The notes beneath the pieces were generated by a model. It was not told where the DNA came from. It saw only the letters and a list, made by a program, of their open reading frames with translations, and did no database searches. A stretch of 64,000 nucleotides of DNA, taken from the IMG/VR virus record IMGVR_UViG_3300010403_000021, positions 1 through 64,000 of that record; one strand, 5' to 3'. Below are positions 45,752 to 55,015 of the stretch, piece after piece; the first letter of the stretch is position 1, and each line of letters opens with the position of its first letter. Made by a program: the position numbers and the translations under genes. The DNA comes from a virus. Its lineage: Duplodnaviria; Heunggongvirae; Uroviricota; Caudoviricetes.

Positions 45752-46134
45752 AAGAGCGTGAATGGCTTGTTCAAAAGGGCTTGGCAATCCCCGGTGCACG
45801 TGGTAGATTCTCTTATGAGGCCAAAGCTGCCCTAGCCAAAGCTCGTGCAGATGGTATCGATATCGAATCACTGACATATACTCCAACTGAAGTCACACCG
45901 ATTAAACGTAAGACTGCTACAATTATCAAGAGTGTCATTCAGCGAACCGAAACTATTGCTTGGGCTTTGGATAAGGGCGCTAAGCCCGGTATGACTGATT
46001 TGATCATTGCTATCAGTTCTTGTGCTTCATGTAATAAATCAATTAGTCGTTGTACTCATGATAATCCCTTGCTGCCTTCATGGCTTGGCGGTGGTGAGGC
46101 TCTACTAGTCAAGCCTGAAAGGTCGAATAAGTAA
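45748..46134 (+). CDS. hypothetical protein
   Basis: ORF. Confidence 0.4.
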   Translation: MKEREWLVQKGLAIPGARGRFSYEAKAALAKARADGIDIESLTYTPTEVTPIKRKTATIIKSVIQRTETIAWALDKGAKPGMTDLIIAISSCASCNKSISRCTHDNPLLPSWLGGGEALLVKPERSNK

Positions 46135-47453
46135 TGTTCAGATCAATTGGTGTAGTGCTGGCATTGTTGGCTACTACACTAGTGCCAGTTAGTGCAAGCG
46201 CACAGAAAAATGTTACACCCAATATTACCATAAGTCGCGCGCAGCTTACTGCGGATGGTAAGCCCTTTACTCCGCGTGGAACGAATTATATTCGTCTAAC
46301 TTCTGATGGTGCTGCAACACCTTATTGGTATATCAGCACATTTGAGCCGGGCCTATATAATCCAACAGCAGTACGAAATATGCTAGGTCAACTTAGCTAT
46401 GATAAGTACAATACAGTTCGTACTTTTATTGATATTGGTAACGAACGAAATGATGGTCAAGGATCTGTACATGGTATGGGTCGTGGCATGTCCGACAACC
46501 GTCCGGTTAATCCGGAGTATATGGATAATGTCGCTGATTTCGTAAGAGCAGCAAAAGAACGTAATATCTATGTAATTCCAGTTCTTTATCGTTTTCCACA
46601 GAATTGTTATTATTACACTATTGTACAAAATGGTGGGGTATGTGGAACAAATGCTCTTACGGTTAATGTTGCTGGTCGTAATGCTCTGTATATTGATAAG
46701 GGGCATGTAAATGCCAAGGCTGAATATCTTAAGCAGTTCAGCAGTGCTCTTATCAGTCGTCTAGGCAGTAGTAATGGTATTTTTGGATATGCTTCTGATA
46801 ATGAAGGTTATTTTGAAGCTAATAAAGCACCGTTTGCCACCATGGCTGGCACTGTGGTAGGGTCTGACAACAGAACTTACTCAATGAGTGTACCGGCTGA
46901 ACGTCAAGCGGTGGCTGATAATTCATTTGCTAATTACACAACTAAGGTAAAAGCTGGCCTCAGAGCCGGTGATCCTAATGGTAAGCTTATTGTTGGTCTT
47001 TATTCTTTGTTTGCGGTAAATAAGACCAGCTTTGATGGTTTTGCCACTTATTGCTCGAATGATTGTAATCCGGCAATTGATTATAGGTATCCAGTACGTG
47101 GTAAGGTTGCTGATGTGGATATCATTGATGTTCACTTCTATCCGCGAAATGCCAATACTGGTTACACAGTTCAAAATGATTTCAATACGGTAGAATACAA
47201 GCAGTTTGTTAAGCCTTGGTTTGTTGGTGAAATGGGTGCTCATAGAAGTTTCTATGGCAACGATATTACTTCAGCAGCTTATGCAATGCGTGATGCACAA
47301 ACAGCAGCTTGTAAGCTAGGTTCCAAGGGTTCATTGTTCTGGACTTTTGATACTCAAGATAATGATGACCAACGGTATTTGTTCTCTTTGAGCGAATCCG
47401 GTGGTGCAATCAATGGTGTTCTAGCACCAATCGCTAATCCTACCTTTTGCTAA
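46134..47453 (+). CDS. secreted glycoside hydrolase, GH5-like (cellulase/mannanase fold)
   Basis: signal peptide; FIDIGNE (acid/base NE) and FVGEMG (nucleophile GE) spaced as in GH5. Confidence 0.45.
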   Translation: MFRSIGVVLALLATTLVPVSASAQKNVTPNITISRAQLTADGKPFTPRGTNYIRLTSDGAATPYWYISTFEPGLYNPTAVRNMLGQLSYDKYNTVRTFIDIGNERNDGQGSVHGMGRGMSDNRPVNPEYMDNVADFVRAAKERNIYVIPVLYRFPQNCYYYTIVQNGGVCGTNALTVNVAGRNALYIDKGHVNAKAEYLKQFSSALISRLGSSNGIFGYASDNEGYFEANKAPFATMAGTVVGSDNRTYSMSVPAERQAVADNSFANYTTKVKAGLRAGDPNGKLIVGLYSLFAVNKTSFDGFATYCSNDCNPAIDYRYPVRGKVADVDIIDVHFYPRNANTGYTVQNDFNTVEYKQFVKPWFVGEMGAHRSFYGNDITSAAYAMRDAQTAACKLGSKGSLFWTFDTQDNDDQRYLFSLSESGGAINGVLAPIANPTFC

Positions 47454-47475
47454 TCAACTAATCGGAGGGGTTTAC

Positions 47476-47700
47476 ATGTTTAATGTACTGGAGATTGAAA
47501 TGGCGCTTATCAAGAACGGTTTCACCAAGATCATTCAGGGCGTTGAGTTTGTTCTGATTGGTGACACGATGGAAGTTATCAAGGATTACGTTCTTGTTGA
47601 CACTATTGATTGCACTGAGGATGGACTTCCGACTGTAAACACCGAATACGATTTCGATATGACTGCCATGTGGTGGCTGTACGAATACAACATGATTTAA
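47476..47700 (+). CDS. hypothetical protein
   Basis: SD GGAGGGG. Confidence 0.4.
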   Translation: MFNVLEIEMALIKNGFTKIIQGVEFVLIGDTMEVIKDYVLVDTIDCTEDGLPTVNTEYDFDMTAMWWLYEYNMI

Positions 47701-47708
47701 GGATAAAA

Positions 47709-48308
47709 ATGGATCTATTCGAGGCCTGGCCCAAAACTGCACGTGGTTTTGGGCCAGCTCTTTACACAGAAAAGCTTGATGGCTCAAATGTGGCTGTTAT
47801 CTTTGAACGTCGTTATGGTACTGAAGCATTTGCCGATATGAATAACGTTGTCATTAAAGATACAAACACCGGTGAATTGTTTATTATTCATGTGGCAGCC
47901 CAGACACGTACTCAAATGGCCTTTATTGAAGATGATCAAGTTGGTATTGCACAATGGGTTGCAGATCGTAAGTATAGTTTGGTTCGCGATCTATATAATT
48001 TCAACCGTGGTGCTGATCTTGAACGTCATTATGGTGAGTATGTCAAGGGCAAAGGTCTCAAAGTTCCACATGTCTTTCTGTTCAATGCTTACCGTTGGCG
48101 TGAGGCTGAGTTTGCCACTGAGGGGCTATCGGTTGTGCCGGTACTCTATGAGGGCGAACACTCTTACGAACAGCTTACAGACACGCTGAGAGACCTTGAG
48201 CTTAACGGCTCACGAGTGCTTGACTCACCAGCGGAAGGCGTGATAGTCTTCCACAAGAACGACAAGACATCCAAAAAGTACTTCTGCCAAGGACAAGGAC
48301 GAAAATAA
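47709..48308 (+). CDS. putative nucleotidyltransferase/ligase-like protein with KxDG motif
   Basis: YTEKLDGSNVAV resembles ligase/capping-enzyme motif I; short (199 aa). Confidence 0.3.
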   Translation: MDLFEAWPKTARGFGPALYTEKLDGSNVAVIFERRYGTEAFADMNNVVIKDTNTGELFIIHVAAQTRTQMAFIEDDQVGIAQWVADRKYSLVRDLYNFNRGADLERHYGEYVKGKGLKVPHVFLFNAYRWREAEFATEGLSVVPVLYEGEHSYEQLTDTLRDLELNGSRVLDSPAEGVIVFHKNDKTSKKYFCQGQGRK

Positions 48309-48309
48309 T

Positions 48310-48570
48310 ATGAAGGTCTGTGATTTTTGCAATAGTTACTGCAATTCCGGAAACCTCAACAAGACTCAGTACAATTTTTACTACGGTGGCAATCTTGTAG
48401 GATCATCTTACCTTCGTGATCGGGAATTCACTAATAGTGAATTCATTGTCATTGGGGATGGTGTTTACAGAGTCGCCAGTGTGAAGGATATCAATGATGT
48501 TAGGGGCAGTAAGATTGCCATTGGTGTGATTCTGGATTGGTTGGGCCGCTATGAGAATCCTCAGTCATGA
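48310..48570 (+). CDS. hypothetical protein
   Basis: ORF. Confidence 0.35.
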   Translation: MKVCDFCNSYCNSGNLNKTQYNFYYGGNLVGSSYLRDREFTNSEFIVIGDGVYRVASVKDINDVRGSKIAIGVILDWLGRYENPQS

Positions 48571-48829
48571 CTTTAAAGTATCGGACAAACTGAGCACTTC
48601 TCTTTGTGCTCATACCGCCCGTGTTGGTGAAATCAAATTGGTGCTGATTGTCAGTTATGGTGAGCCATTTAGTTGTACCGCAGAACGTAGAATCTATAGC
48701 AAGAGTTATAAGTGGAGTGGTACAACTAAGCATCTAATGCAAAACATCAGAAAAATGGTATACAAAACACCTGAAACTGATGATCCAATTATTTTGGAAG
48801 CACTATCAGCATTAAGTGATGTATATTAA
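48551..48829 (+). CDS. hypothetical protein
   Basis: ORF. Confidence 0.3.
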   Translation: MRILSHDFKVSDKLSTSLCAHTARVGEIKLVLIVSYGEPFSCTAERRIYSKSYKWSGTTKHLMQNIRKMVYKTPETDDPIILEALSALSDVY

Positions 48830-48903
48830 TTTGCATAATATGTCTTTTCCACATAGAATATATCTAGCTCCTTAGATATATCTAGGAAAGGAGGAGACAG
48901 AAT

Positions 48904-49095
48904 ATGGCAACAACATCAATTAATGATGCCAATCTACAACCTGTGGAAACAGCAGAGGTTATCAATCTCAAAAGACGTGAAGTTTATGAAACAGCCGTTC
49001 GTGCTCAGACAATGGGTTTGAATGATGCTAACTTCACAGATAGAGATAGAGGTCTCTATGCGGATACTCACCGCTCACAGAGTGCTAATCTCTGA
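48904..49095 (+). CDS. hypothetical protein
   Basis: SD AGGAGGAG. Confidence 0.4.
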   Translation: MATTSINDANLQPVETAEVINLKRREVYETAVRAQTMGLNDANFTDRDRGLYADTHRSQSANL

Positions 49096-49114
49096 GTAAA
49101 ATAGTAATTGAGCT

Positions 49115-49140
49115 AAGGCCACCCTTAACGGGGTGGCCTT
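49115..49140 (+). terminator. 10-bp hairpin AAGGCCACCC-TTAACG-GGGTGGCCTT
   Basis: perfect inverted repeat after stop, followed by T-containing tract. Confidence 0.5.
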
Positions 49141-49153
49141 AGTGCTTTAAGAC

Positions 49154-49182
49154 TTGTGTTGATCTTGACGACATGCTAGGCT
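49154..49182 (+). promoter_or_regulatory. promoter variant: TTGTGT-N17-TAGGCT
   Basis: weaker -35; followed by SD GGAGG and ATG 49211. Confidence 0.3.
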
Positions 49183-49210
49183 AGCCGTACACACAACAGC
49201 GGAGGTTAAG

Positions 49211-49774
49211 ATGAGGGTTTATGTAGGTCTTGATGGTGGATGTAGTTGTTATGAAGTTAATGTAGTTGGTATTTCTATTGATCGTAATAGCGGCGGTGAA
49301 GAAGTTGACATCAGCCTAGCTGATCTTCTAGGAGTTACCTCAGAAACTAGCATTATTTCCATGATTGATGAGCTTATTACCAAGCATCAGTATTATGTTG
49401 AAGCTTCAGAAGATATTGTGAAGCGACTGGACCGTAGGATTAGTGAACTTAAGACAGAACTTAGTTATAAGGCTCAAGAGGCGCGGGTAGAAGCATCCAA
49501 GGATGAAAAGTTTAATAACTTCAGGGAAGCACTTAAGCTGGCGGATCGGCATACCATCGCATTGCAAAATGAAATTGATGAACTAAAGCGCCAACTTAAG
49601 GATTCTCAGCGGGGATATCGATTTGCTGGGTTCATGGATAAGCATAATCAACTCTGGACTCCAGTTGCAGGTCGTTATGGTCTATTTGAATTCCGCAGTG
49701 AAAAGCTCAGTGCTGCTGTATTGAAGAATAATGAAGAATACCTGGCAGTTCCCTATCATGAAGAGGTAAAGTGA
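49211..49774 (+). CDS. coiled-coil protein
   Basis: ORF. Confidence 0.4.
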   Translation: MRVYVGLDGGCSCYEVNVVGISIDRNSGGEEVDISLADLLGVTSETSIISMIDELITKHQYYVEASEDIVKRLDRRISELKTELSYKAQEARVEASKDEKFNNFREALKLADRHTIALQNEIDELKRQLKDSQRGYRFAGFMDKHNQLWTPVAGRYGLFEFRSEKLSAAVLKNNEEYLAVPYHEEVK

Positions 49775-49941
49775 ATCATAAACAACTATCAAACATTCTT
49801 TTTGGTTGTTCTGTCGGAGTTGGCCTAGAAGCAATTTATCAGATTGCACGACATGATTATCCAGATGTAATGGTGCTCGGTATTATCTCATGTGCCATTA
49901 TGTATGTTAGTTGGGTGATCTTCAAGCATAGGGAGCGATAA
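49771..49941 (+). CDS. small membrane protein (GTG start, 56 aa)
   Basis: speculative; not in track. Confidence 0.2.
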   Translation: MNHKQLSNILFGCSVGVGLEAIYQIARHDYPDVMVLGIISCAIMYVSWVIFKHRER

Positions 49942-50337
49942 ATGTATGAAGAAGAAGATGTTGTTGCTTTCGGTCTAGTGGCAGCAGTTGCGACTGTTCT
50001 TGTTGTTGGTGCATTGATTGCTACCGCATCGGATAGTCCAGAAAATGATTTTGCCACAATGTGTCAGAATTCGGATTACATTCGTGTTGATGACAGTGAA
50101 TGTGATCGTGGTGTCTCTGGTACTAGCATTATGTATATTTCAACCGGTTCTAATTACAACGCACCCGTTGTTGGATCAAAGATTGATCAAGGGCAGGTTA
50201 TTCGTAATCTACCTAATGGTAAAAGTTTTCAAAAGGGTGGTATTAGTGCCACAGGTGGTACAGTTAAAAGTAGTCCTGGAATTACGCGGGGTGGATTTGG
50301 TTCCACCGGCGGATCAAAAGGAAGTAGTTCATCATGA
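49942..50337 (+). CDS. membrane-anchored Gly/Ser-rich protein
   Basis: N-terminal TM, G-rich C-terminus. Confidence 0.4.
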   Translation: MYEEEDVVAFGLVAAVATVLVVGALIATASDSPENDFATMCQNSDYIRVDDSECDRGVSGTSIMYISTGSNYNAPVVGSKIDQGQVIRNLPNGKSFQKGGISATGGTVKSSPGITRGGFGSTGGSKGSSSS

Positions 50338-50573
50338 GCGATACATTTGAACATTATGATGCTCAAACACAAGCAGTTCTCACAAAGATGGCTAATGGAA
50401 TTCGACAGATCATTAGAATGAATGATCCAGAACTTTGTGCATTGGTCGCCTATATGGCCATGCATGATGCCTTGATTACACCTTATGTTGATGAAGAACA
50501 TAAAGGTGGTAATTTGATTGATTTGGTTATGACTCTAGCCGCCGAAAACCACCGATTGAAGAATAGGCTATGA
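50334..50573 (+). CDS. hypothetical protein
   Basis: ORF. Confidence 0.4.
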   Translation: MSDTFEHYDAQTQAVLTKMANGIRQIIRMNDPELCALVAYMAMHDALITPYVDEEHKGGNLIDLVMTLAAENHRLKNRL

Positions 50574-50776
50574 ATACTTGGAATAGAATGCATCGACTTA
50601 TTAAAATTGGTCTTATTCTCGATGGTATTAGTATGTTTGTGTTTATTATCGGGCTGGTACTTGGTGGATATTCTATTACCAATTTCATTGGGTTCGGTTT
50701 ACTTGGTGCTGCAATTGTCCTGATTGTAGCAGGAGCGATCAAAATGAGAAAGACTTACCATGAATATAATTCATAA
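50570..50776 (+). CDS. small membrane protein
   Basis: 2 TM helices. Confidence 0.4.
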   Translation: MNTWNRMHRLIKIGLILDGISMFVFIIGLVLGGYSITNFIGFGLLGAAIVLIVAGAIKMRKTYHEYNS

Positions 50777-50942
50777 TCTAAGCGATAGAGCATATCCACG
50801 CGTTATGGTATATTTCTTTGCCATGATGATCACTGTCAGTGCTTGGGCTAATCAAGGATGGACTACAGTAGTGTTCGGTGTACTGACTGTGGCCTGGTTC
50901 TGGATTTTAAGCTTGACTTACCTCGGTGAGAGTGTAGACTAG
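50760..50942 (+). CDS. small membrane protein
   Basis: 2 TM helices. Confidence 0.4.
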   Translation: MNIIHNLSDRAYPRVMVYFFAMMITVSAWANQGWTTVVFGVLTVAWFWILSLTYLGESVD

Positions 50943-50943
50943 C

Positions 50944-51204
50944 ATGAGAGCAGAGCGAGAAGAAGATATCGTCTGGCGTTCTCCACCACCAAAAGAACTA
51001 AAAGAAATTGATTTTTGGGCTATTGGTGTTGGTTATGCACTTCAAGAAAATAAAGGTAGATGGGGTATCGTCTATCATGGCAATGAGGCATATATTCATT
51101 ATATGGCATTGCATAGAAATAATAAACATGTGTGGTCTGAAATAGTCAATATCAGAGGTATTGACTACCTGTACTCAATTTATAGTATTGACGATCCTGG
51201 GTGA
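50944..51204 (+). CDS. hypothetical protein
   Basis: ORF. Confidence 0.4.
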   Translation: MRAEREEDIVWRSPPPKELKEIDFWAIGVGYALQENKGRWGIVYHGNEAYIHYMALHRNNKHVWSEIVNIRGIDYLYSIYSIDDPG

Positions 51205-51386
51205 ATATGAGAACTTTTATTGTAATTGGTTTGATTTTGACTCTTGGGGCCTGTGCTCATCCAGATGACAAAACACCGAAACAGATAAACATTCCCATTA
51301 TTCAGATGGATAAGCAAGTGGCCACGATTCCTAACATTCCAATTCAAACTCCGTCGGTAAAAATGCCAACAATTGTACAAAATTAG
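51201..51386 (+). CDS. putative small lipoprotein (lipobox LGAC)
   Basis: MRTFIVIGLILTLGAC. Confidence 0.4.
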   Translation: MNMRTFIVIGLILTLGACAHPDDKTPKQINIPIIQMDKQVATIPNIPIQTPSVKMPTIVQN

Positions 51387-51464
51387 CATTTTCCGAAAAA
51401 CCAGCATTTTCTAGCATTTTCGTAAACTAGCATTTTTACAGAAATCAGCATTTTACCAATAATT
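51385..51464. repeat. five direct copies of AGCATTTT spaced 10-18 nt (iteron-like array) followed by hairpin TTGCCCAC..GTGGGGCAA
   Basis: AGCATTTTCC / AGCATTTTCT / AGCATTTTCG / AGCATTTTTA / AGCATTTTAC read directly. Confidence 0.6.
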
Positions 51465-51525
51465 AGATTGCCCACTGGTGGGGCAAAATATTACCTATCA
51501 GTGGACTTTAAGAAAGTGAAGTATA

Positions 51526-51933
51526 ATGTCTATTATAGAAGATGAACATACTGATTTTGTAGACGCAATGCGCAGCATTGTTGAAGCGCATCCAGACGTG
51601 ATCTACAAGCCAATGAGGAATTTCTATTTCTATAGTGATGGTAGTCCTGCTTGTTTGTTTGGTCACATATTCTTTCAACTAGGCATTACTCTTGATGACA
51701 TTGCTTATGCAACCAGCAATAACGTTAAGCTTATTGATGAAAGTATGCGTCTTGATCCAAACAGCGCTCGAATTCGTTTCGTTCTCAAGAGTCTTGGTTA
51801 TACTGAAAACTTCTATTCCGTTGCTGAAGTTGCTCAGATCTACCAGGATGAAAAGAAGAAATGGTCAGAAGTTCTAGAGGAATTTCGACTTGGACTTGTT
51901 CAGCGTGGGATTGCCAATATGTATTGGAGGTGA
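51526..51933 (+). CDS. hypothetical protein
   Basis: ORF. Confidence 0.4.
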   Translation: MSIIEDEHTDFVDAMRSIVEAHPDVIYKPMRNFYFYSDGSPACLFGHIFFQLGITLDDIAYATSNNVKLIDESMRLDPNSARIRFVLKSLGYTENFYSVAEVAQIYQDEKKKWSEVLEEFRLGLVQRGIANMYWR

Positions 51934-51937
51934 TCAC

Positions 51938-52168
51938 ATGCTAACACAACCAGAAATGCGTCTTAGTGATGATGGAATGATAGCCCATAAAGTCTCTGAG
52001 GATGAAGAGGATATATCCGGGGAGCAAAGAAATTGGGTTATCGCCTATGTTCCTTTACCGGAACGACTCTATGACGCTTGGATAGGTTTTCCATTGTACG
52101 ATTATGAAGTTGAGGATTGGATGATTCTTCCCAACTTCCCCGCATTGGTTGATTGTATTGAAAGCTGA
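51938..52168 (+). CDS. acidic hypothetical protein
   Basis: internal ATG of track ORF 51890. Confidence 0.35.
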   Translation: MLTQPEMRLSDDGMIAHKVSEDEEDISGEQRNWVIAYVPLPERLYDAWIGFPLYDYEVEDWMILPNFPALVDCIES

Positions 52169-52177
52169 CATACTAGC

Positions 52178-52213
52178 ACCGGCCTTGATTTAAACATCAA
52201 TCAAGGCCGGTGC
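52178..52213 (+). terminator. 14-bp hairpin CACCGGCCTTGATT...AATCAAGGCCGGTG
   Basis: perfect inverted repeat after stop. Confidence 0.5.
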
Positions 52214-52234
52214 GGTATTAAAAGGAGATAATTA

Positions 52235-52411
52235 ATGGACGTCGTATTTATTGCCACTCACTCACGTGTTGAAATTATGGGATCACAAGCTCTTATTCAA
52301 AGATATGTTGATGCCATCAAGGGGCAACATGATCCTAGTTCTTACATGGAGAATTACTCACTAGCATCATCAAATAGTTCATATGATCCGATTATTTACT
52401 ACTGTAAATAA
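52235..52411 (+). CDS. small hypothetical protein (58 aa)
   Basis: strong SD AAAGGAG; not in track. Confidence 0.4.
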   Translation: MDVVFIATHSRVEIMGSQALIQRYVDAIKGQHDPSSYMENYSLASSNSSYDPIIYYCK

Positions 52412-52446
52412 TATTTAAATAATTATTTTGATGGTGGAATAAATAT

Positions 52447-52531
52447 ATATTGCTGTGATTTTTCATTTTCTTTCGTAATACTTATATAAATATATAATAT
52501 TGTGGCGATTTTTGGCTTTTCTTCGTAATGT
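52447..52531. repeat. imperfect direct repeat (~34 bp, ~80% identity) ATATTGCTGTGATTTTTCATTTTCTTTCGTAAT / ATATTGTGGCGATTTTTGGCTTTTCTTCGTAAT at the AT-rich/GC-rich junction
   Basis: aligned by eye; second copy abuts the composition switch. Confidence 0.5.
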
Positions 52532-52616
52532 CAATTCCATACAAAGGCTGGTCGCTGGCCACCACCGGGCACCGAGCACGCGCGCACGTGCAAATGATCA
52601 ACTTCGCGATTTGCAT

Positions 52617-53609
52617 ATGCTAAGAGATCAAACCGTGACCTTAGGGTTACCATTACGTGATCTAAAACATCGTTTTGTGGTTAGACTTGCGTTGCAAGCG
52701 CAGGCACACGGAGGAGATACGGACATGGTCAAGCTCTCGACTGTTCAGTTGGACCGGTTGCGGTTTCTGGGGTACTCGGAACGTGGCGCATTGGGTGGCA
52801 CCCGAAAGGCGACCATTGCCAAGCTCATGACGCTTGGTTTCATCCGTGACAACGGCAGGCTGTTCCGGTCATACGAGATCACTCCGGAAGGCATTGACCA
52901 CCTGCTGTCTGTTGTGCCGAACGCACCGATTCACACCAGCCACATGGGACCGGTTGTCATCGGTGCCTATGTGATCCACAACGGTCGGACTGGTGTCGTT
53001 CGCAAGATGCACGTCACTGAAAACAACACCATTTTTGGCGGAGTTGTCGGTGTTGAATTCGATGACTCTGTTATCAAGTGCGAAATGATTTCTTTCCGTG
53101 AATTGGAAACGACTGCGGCACGTTCAGCGGTTCACTTTCGCGAGGGTAGAGAAGGTCACGGGGATTCCCGTAGTTGGACCCGTTTGCTCAATGGCAAGCT
53201 GTACAGCTTCAACGTGGTGAACATGCCCAATGGTGAGGTGCGTTGGTTTGTTTCCATTTACAACGGTTACATTGGCGGGCCAAAATTCGCGTGTGCATGG
53301 TCGCGTGTTCGGCAGTGGACTTTCACTGCTGTTCAGCCCGTGCCTACCAAGTGGGTTGCCGAGCGCAACGGGCTGAACCTTTGGCGTGACGAGGATAAGG
53401 CAATGGCCTATCAGTCAACGCCAGTGTTTGACACTCGATTCGGTGCGTTGGGTGCATTGACTGCCATGCTCACCGATGAAATCAGCGGATGGAAGCGTAT
53501 GGGTAAGGACGCCACGCGCGATGAATTGATCTTGTCCGATGTCATCGGACATCCGAACCGTAACGAGTGGTCCGCTGGAAACGTTCAGTGGTCGATTCGC
53601 GGTTGGTGA
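52617..53609 (+). CDS. hypothetical protein, GC-rich (start uncertain; track ORF starts at TTG 52500 inside the repeat)
   Basis: long ORF with GC-rich codon usage. Confidence 0.45.
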   Translation: MLRDQTVTLGLPLRDLKHRFVVRLALQAQAHGGDTDMVKLSTVQLDRLRFLGYSERGALGGTRKATIAKLMTLGFIRDNGRLFRSYEITPEGIDHLLSVVPNAPIHTSHMGPVVIGAYVIHNGRTGVVRKMHVTENNTIFGGVVGVEFDDSVIKCEMISFRELETTAARSAVHFREGREGHGDSRSWTRLLNGKLYSFNVVNMPNGEVRWFVSIYNGYIGGPKFACAWSRVRQWTFTAVQPVPTKWVAERNGLNLWRDEDKAMAYQSTPVFDTRFGALGALTAMLTDEISGWKRMGKDATRDELILSDVIGHPNRNEWSAGNVQWSIRGW

Positions 53610-53631
53610 TCATTACATAGATAGACAATGG

Positions 53632-53658
53632 ATCTAAGCGGCCCCAACGTCAACGGCG
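53632..53658 (+). terminator. 10-bp hairpin GGCCCCAACG-TCAACGG-CGTTGGGGCC
   Basis: perfect inverted repeat 23 nt after stop. Confidence 0.5.
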
Positions 53659-53659
53659 T

Positions 53660-54850
53660 TGGGGCCTAGCTTTGCCTTAGAGCGTTTGCACATGCAAAAC
53701 AGGCTGCTATTCGCCCTCTAAGGCGTTGGGGTGGTCCTACCCATACAAAGACCCTAGGAAGCTATAAAAGTCGCTCTATGGCGAACATACAGGCCTTTAA
53801 GGGGCATTGTGGAGCACCTCGGCTCACACGCGTGCACAGGTGCATGATTGGACGTACTGATCAGTAACATGCGCACGCCATGTGCAGTAGCAAATCTGAC
53901 CAATTTCTAAGCCTGTGACCAGCGGAAACTCCGTCAGCGGCCTAACGCCGTTGGGGTGGTATGGATGTACCGGGGAAGGCTTTAAAGCGCTTAGCGTGGC
54001 TCTGAGAGGCCTTTACGGCGATATGGCCAGTCGACGCCTAGAGCATCAAATATGGTAACAACGCGGTAACTTATACATCAGTGGTCTATGCATCAAATGT
54101 TGATCAAGCTCTGACCTGCACAAACACCGTTAGCAAAAGAAAATCCTTGACTCAATGGGGGCCTGTGGTGCGTACTTGTGGAGCACCACGAACACCACAA
54201 CTCAAAACGCCAGACACGGGAACCCTTAGACGTCAAGGGTTTGAGAGCTAGTAGCAACACTACGTGTCACGGATACCGAGTTGACAGCCTAAACTGAATT
54301 TGCTACCTTTAAGGCCCCGCAAGGGGACGCACCACCCGCTAGCTCCCCAAAAGGGAACTTGGAAGCCTCACGACACGGCTTAGGGACGATTGAACTTTGA
54401 GAACTCAATAGCGAGCAAAGCCTAGTGAACAGGTGCGCTGATTACACGGACAGTCCCCGTGTACACCATTACCCTTGCGGGATGCAAGCGTGGCAGCAAT
54501 AGACCGAAGCGACTAGGGAGGCAATCCGACATATATTGTCCAAGCGTTCCGAGTATGCGAGTGCCGGACCAATCATGAGTCCCCCGCATAAATCCGCTTG
54601 GATAAAGATTATGAGGAATGTCTGACATAAGGTAAATCGCTTAGGGGCCGGTGATCCGCCCAATGCGCTTAAGACATATAGCGATTACCTGGCAGTATGG
54701 GATACCAGGTTTGGGGAATCAAATAAAGGTTTCCGGTGGTTCGATTCCACTCACTCTCACTAGCCCATTGGTGTATAAGCCTGACATTAAATCGGGAAAG
54801 CACAGTCATTCCCTAAAAAGGAGTGAGAGACCGGAATTAACCGGATGGGT
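53660..54850. other. ~1.2-kb GC-rich region without credible ORFs; contains repeated CGTTGGGG(TGG) motifs and a tRNA T-arm-like GGTGGTTCGATTCCACT (54735-54751)
   Basis: six-frame track shows only short or low-complexity ORFs; repeats at ~53649, 53722, 53947. Confidence 0.5.
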
Positions 54851-55015
54851 GTTAACTAAACGAAAAGAGAGTCAATTGCTCACCGTTGCTTTGCTGCTGA
54901 TTGTTCCGGTGATCGGTAAGGCTGTTTACGACACTCGCCTTACCGCAGACGAAAACGCGAACAATGACACCACCATTTTCGGTGAGTCGATTTACAACCC
55001 GGAAGGGTAATCGAA

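Noticed and set aside
53660-54850. tmRNA in the GC-rich non-coding block
   Set aside because: T-arm-like motif present, but no tag-peptide reading frame ending in a typical ...AA stop and no tmRNA-like 5' acceptor partner found by eye; left as an open check
54651-55010. 119-aa + ORF at the end of the GC-rich non-coding block
   Set aside because: N-terminal two-thirds is low-complexity and lacks a start context; only the C-terminal ~50 aa (possible GTG 54852 start, single TM) might be real, too weak to call
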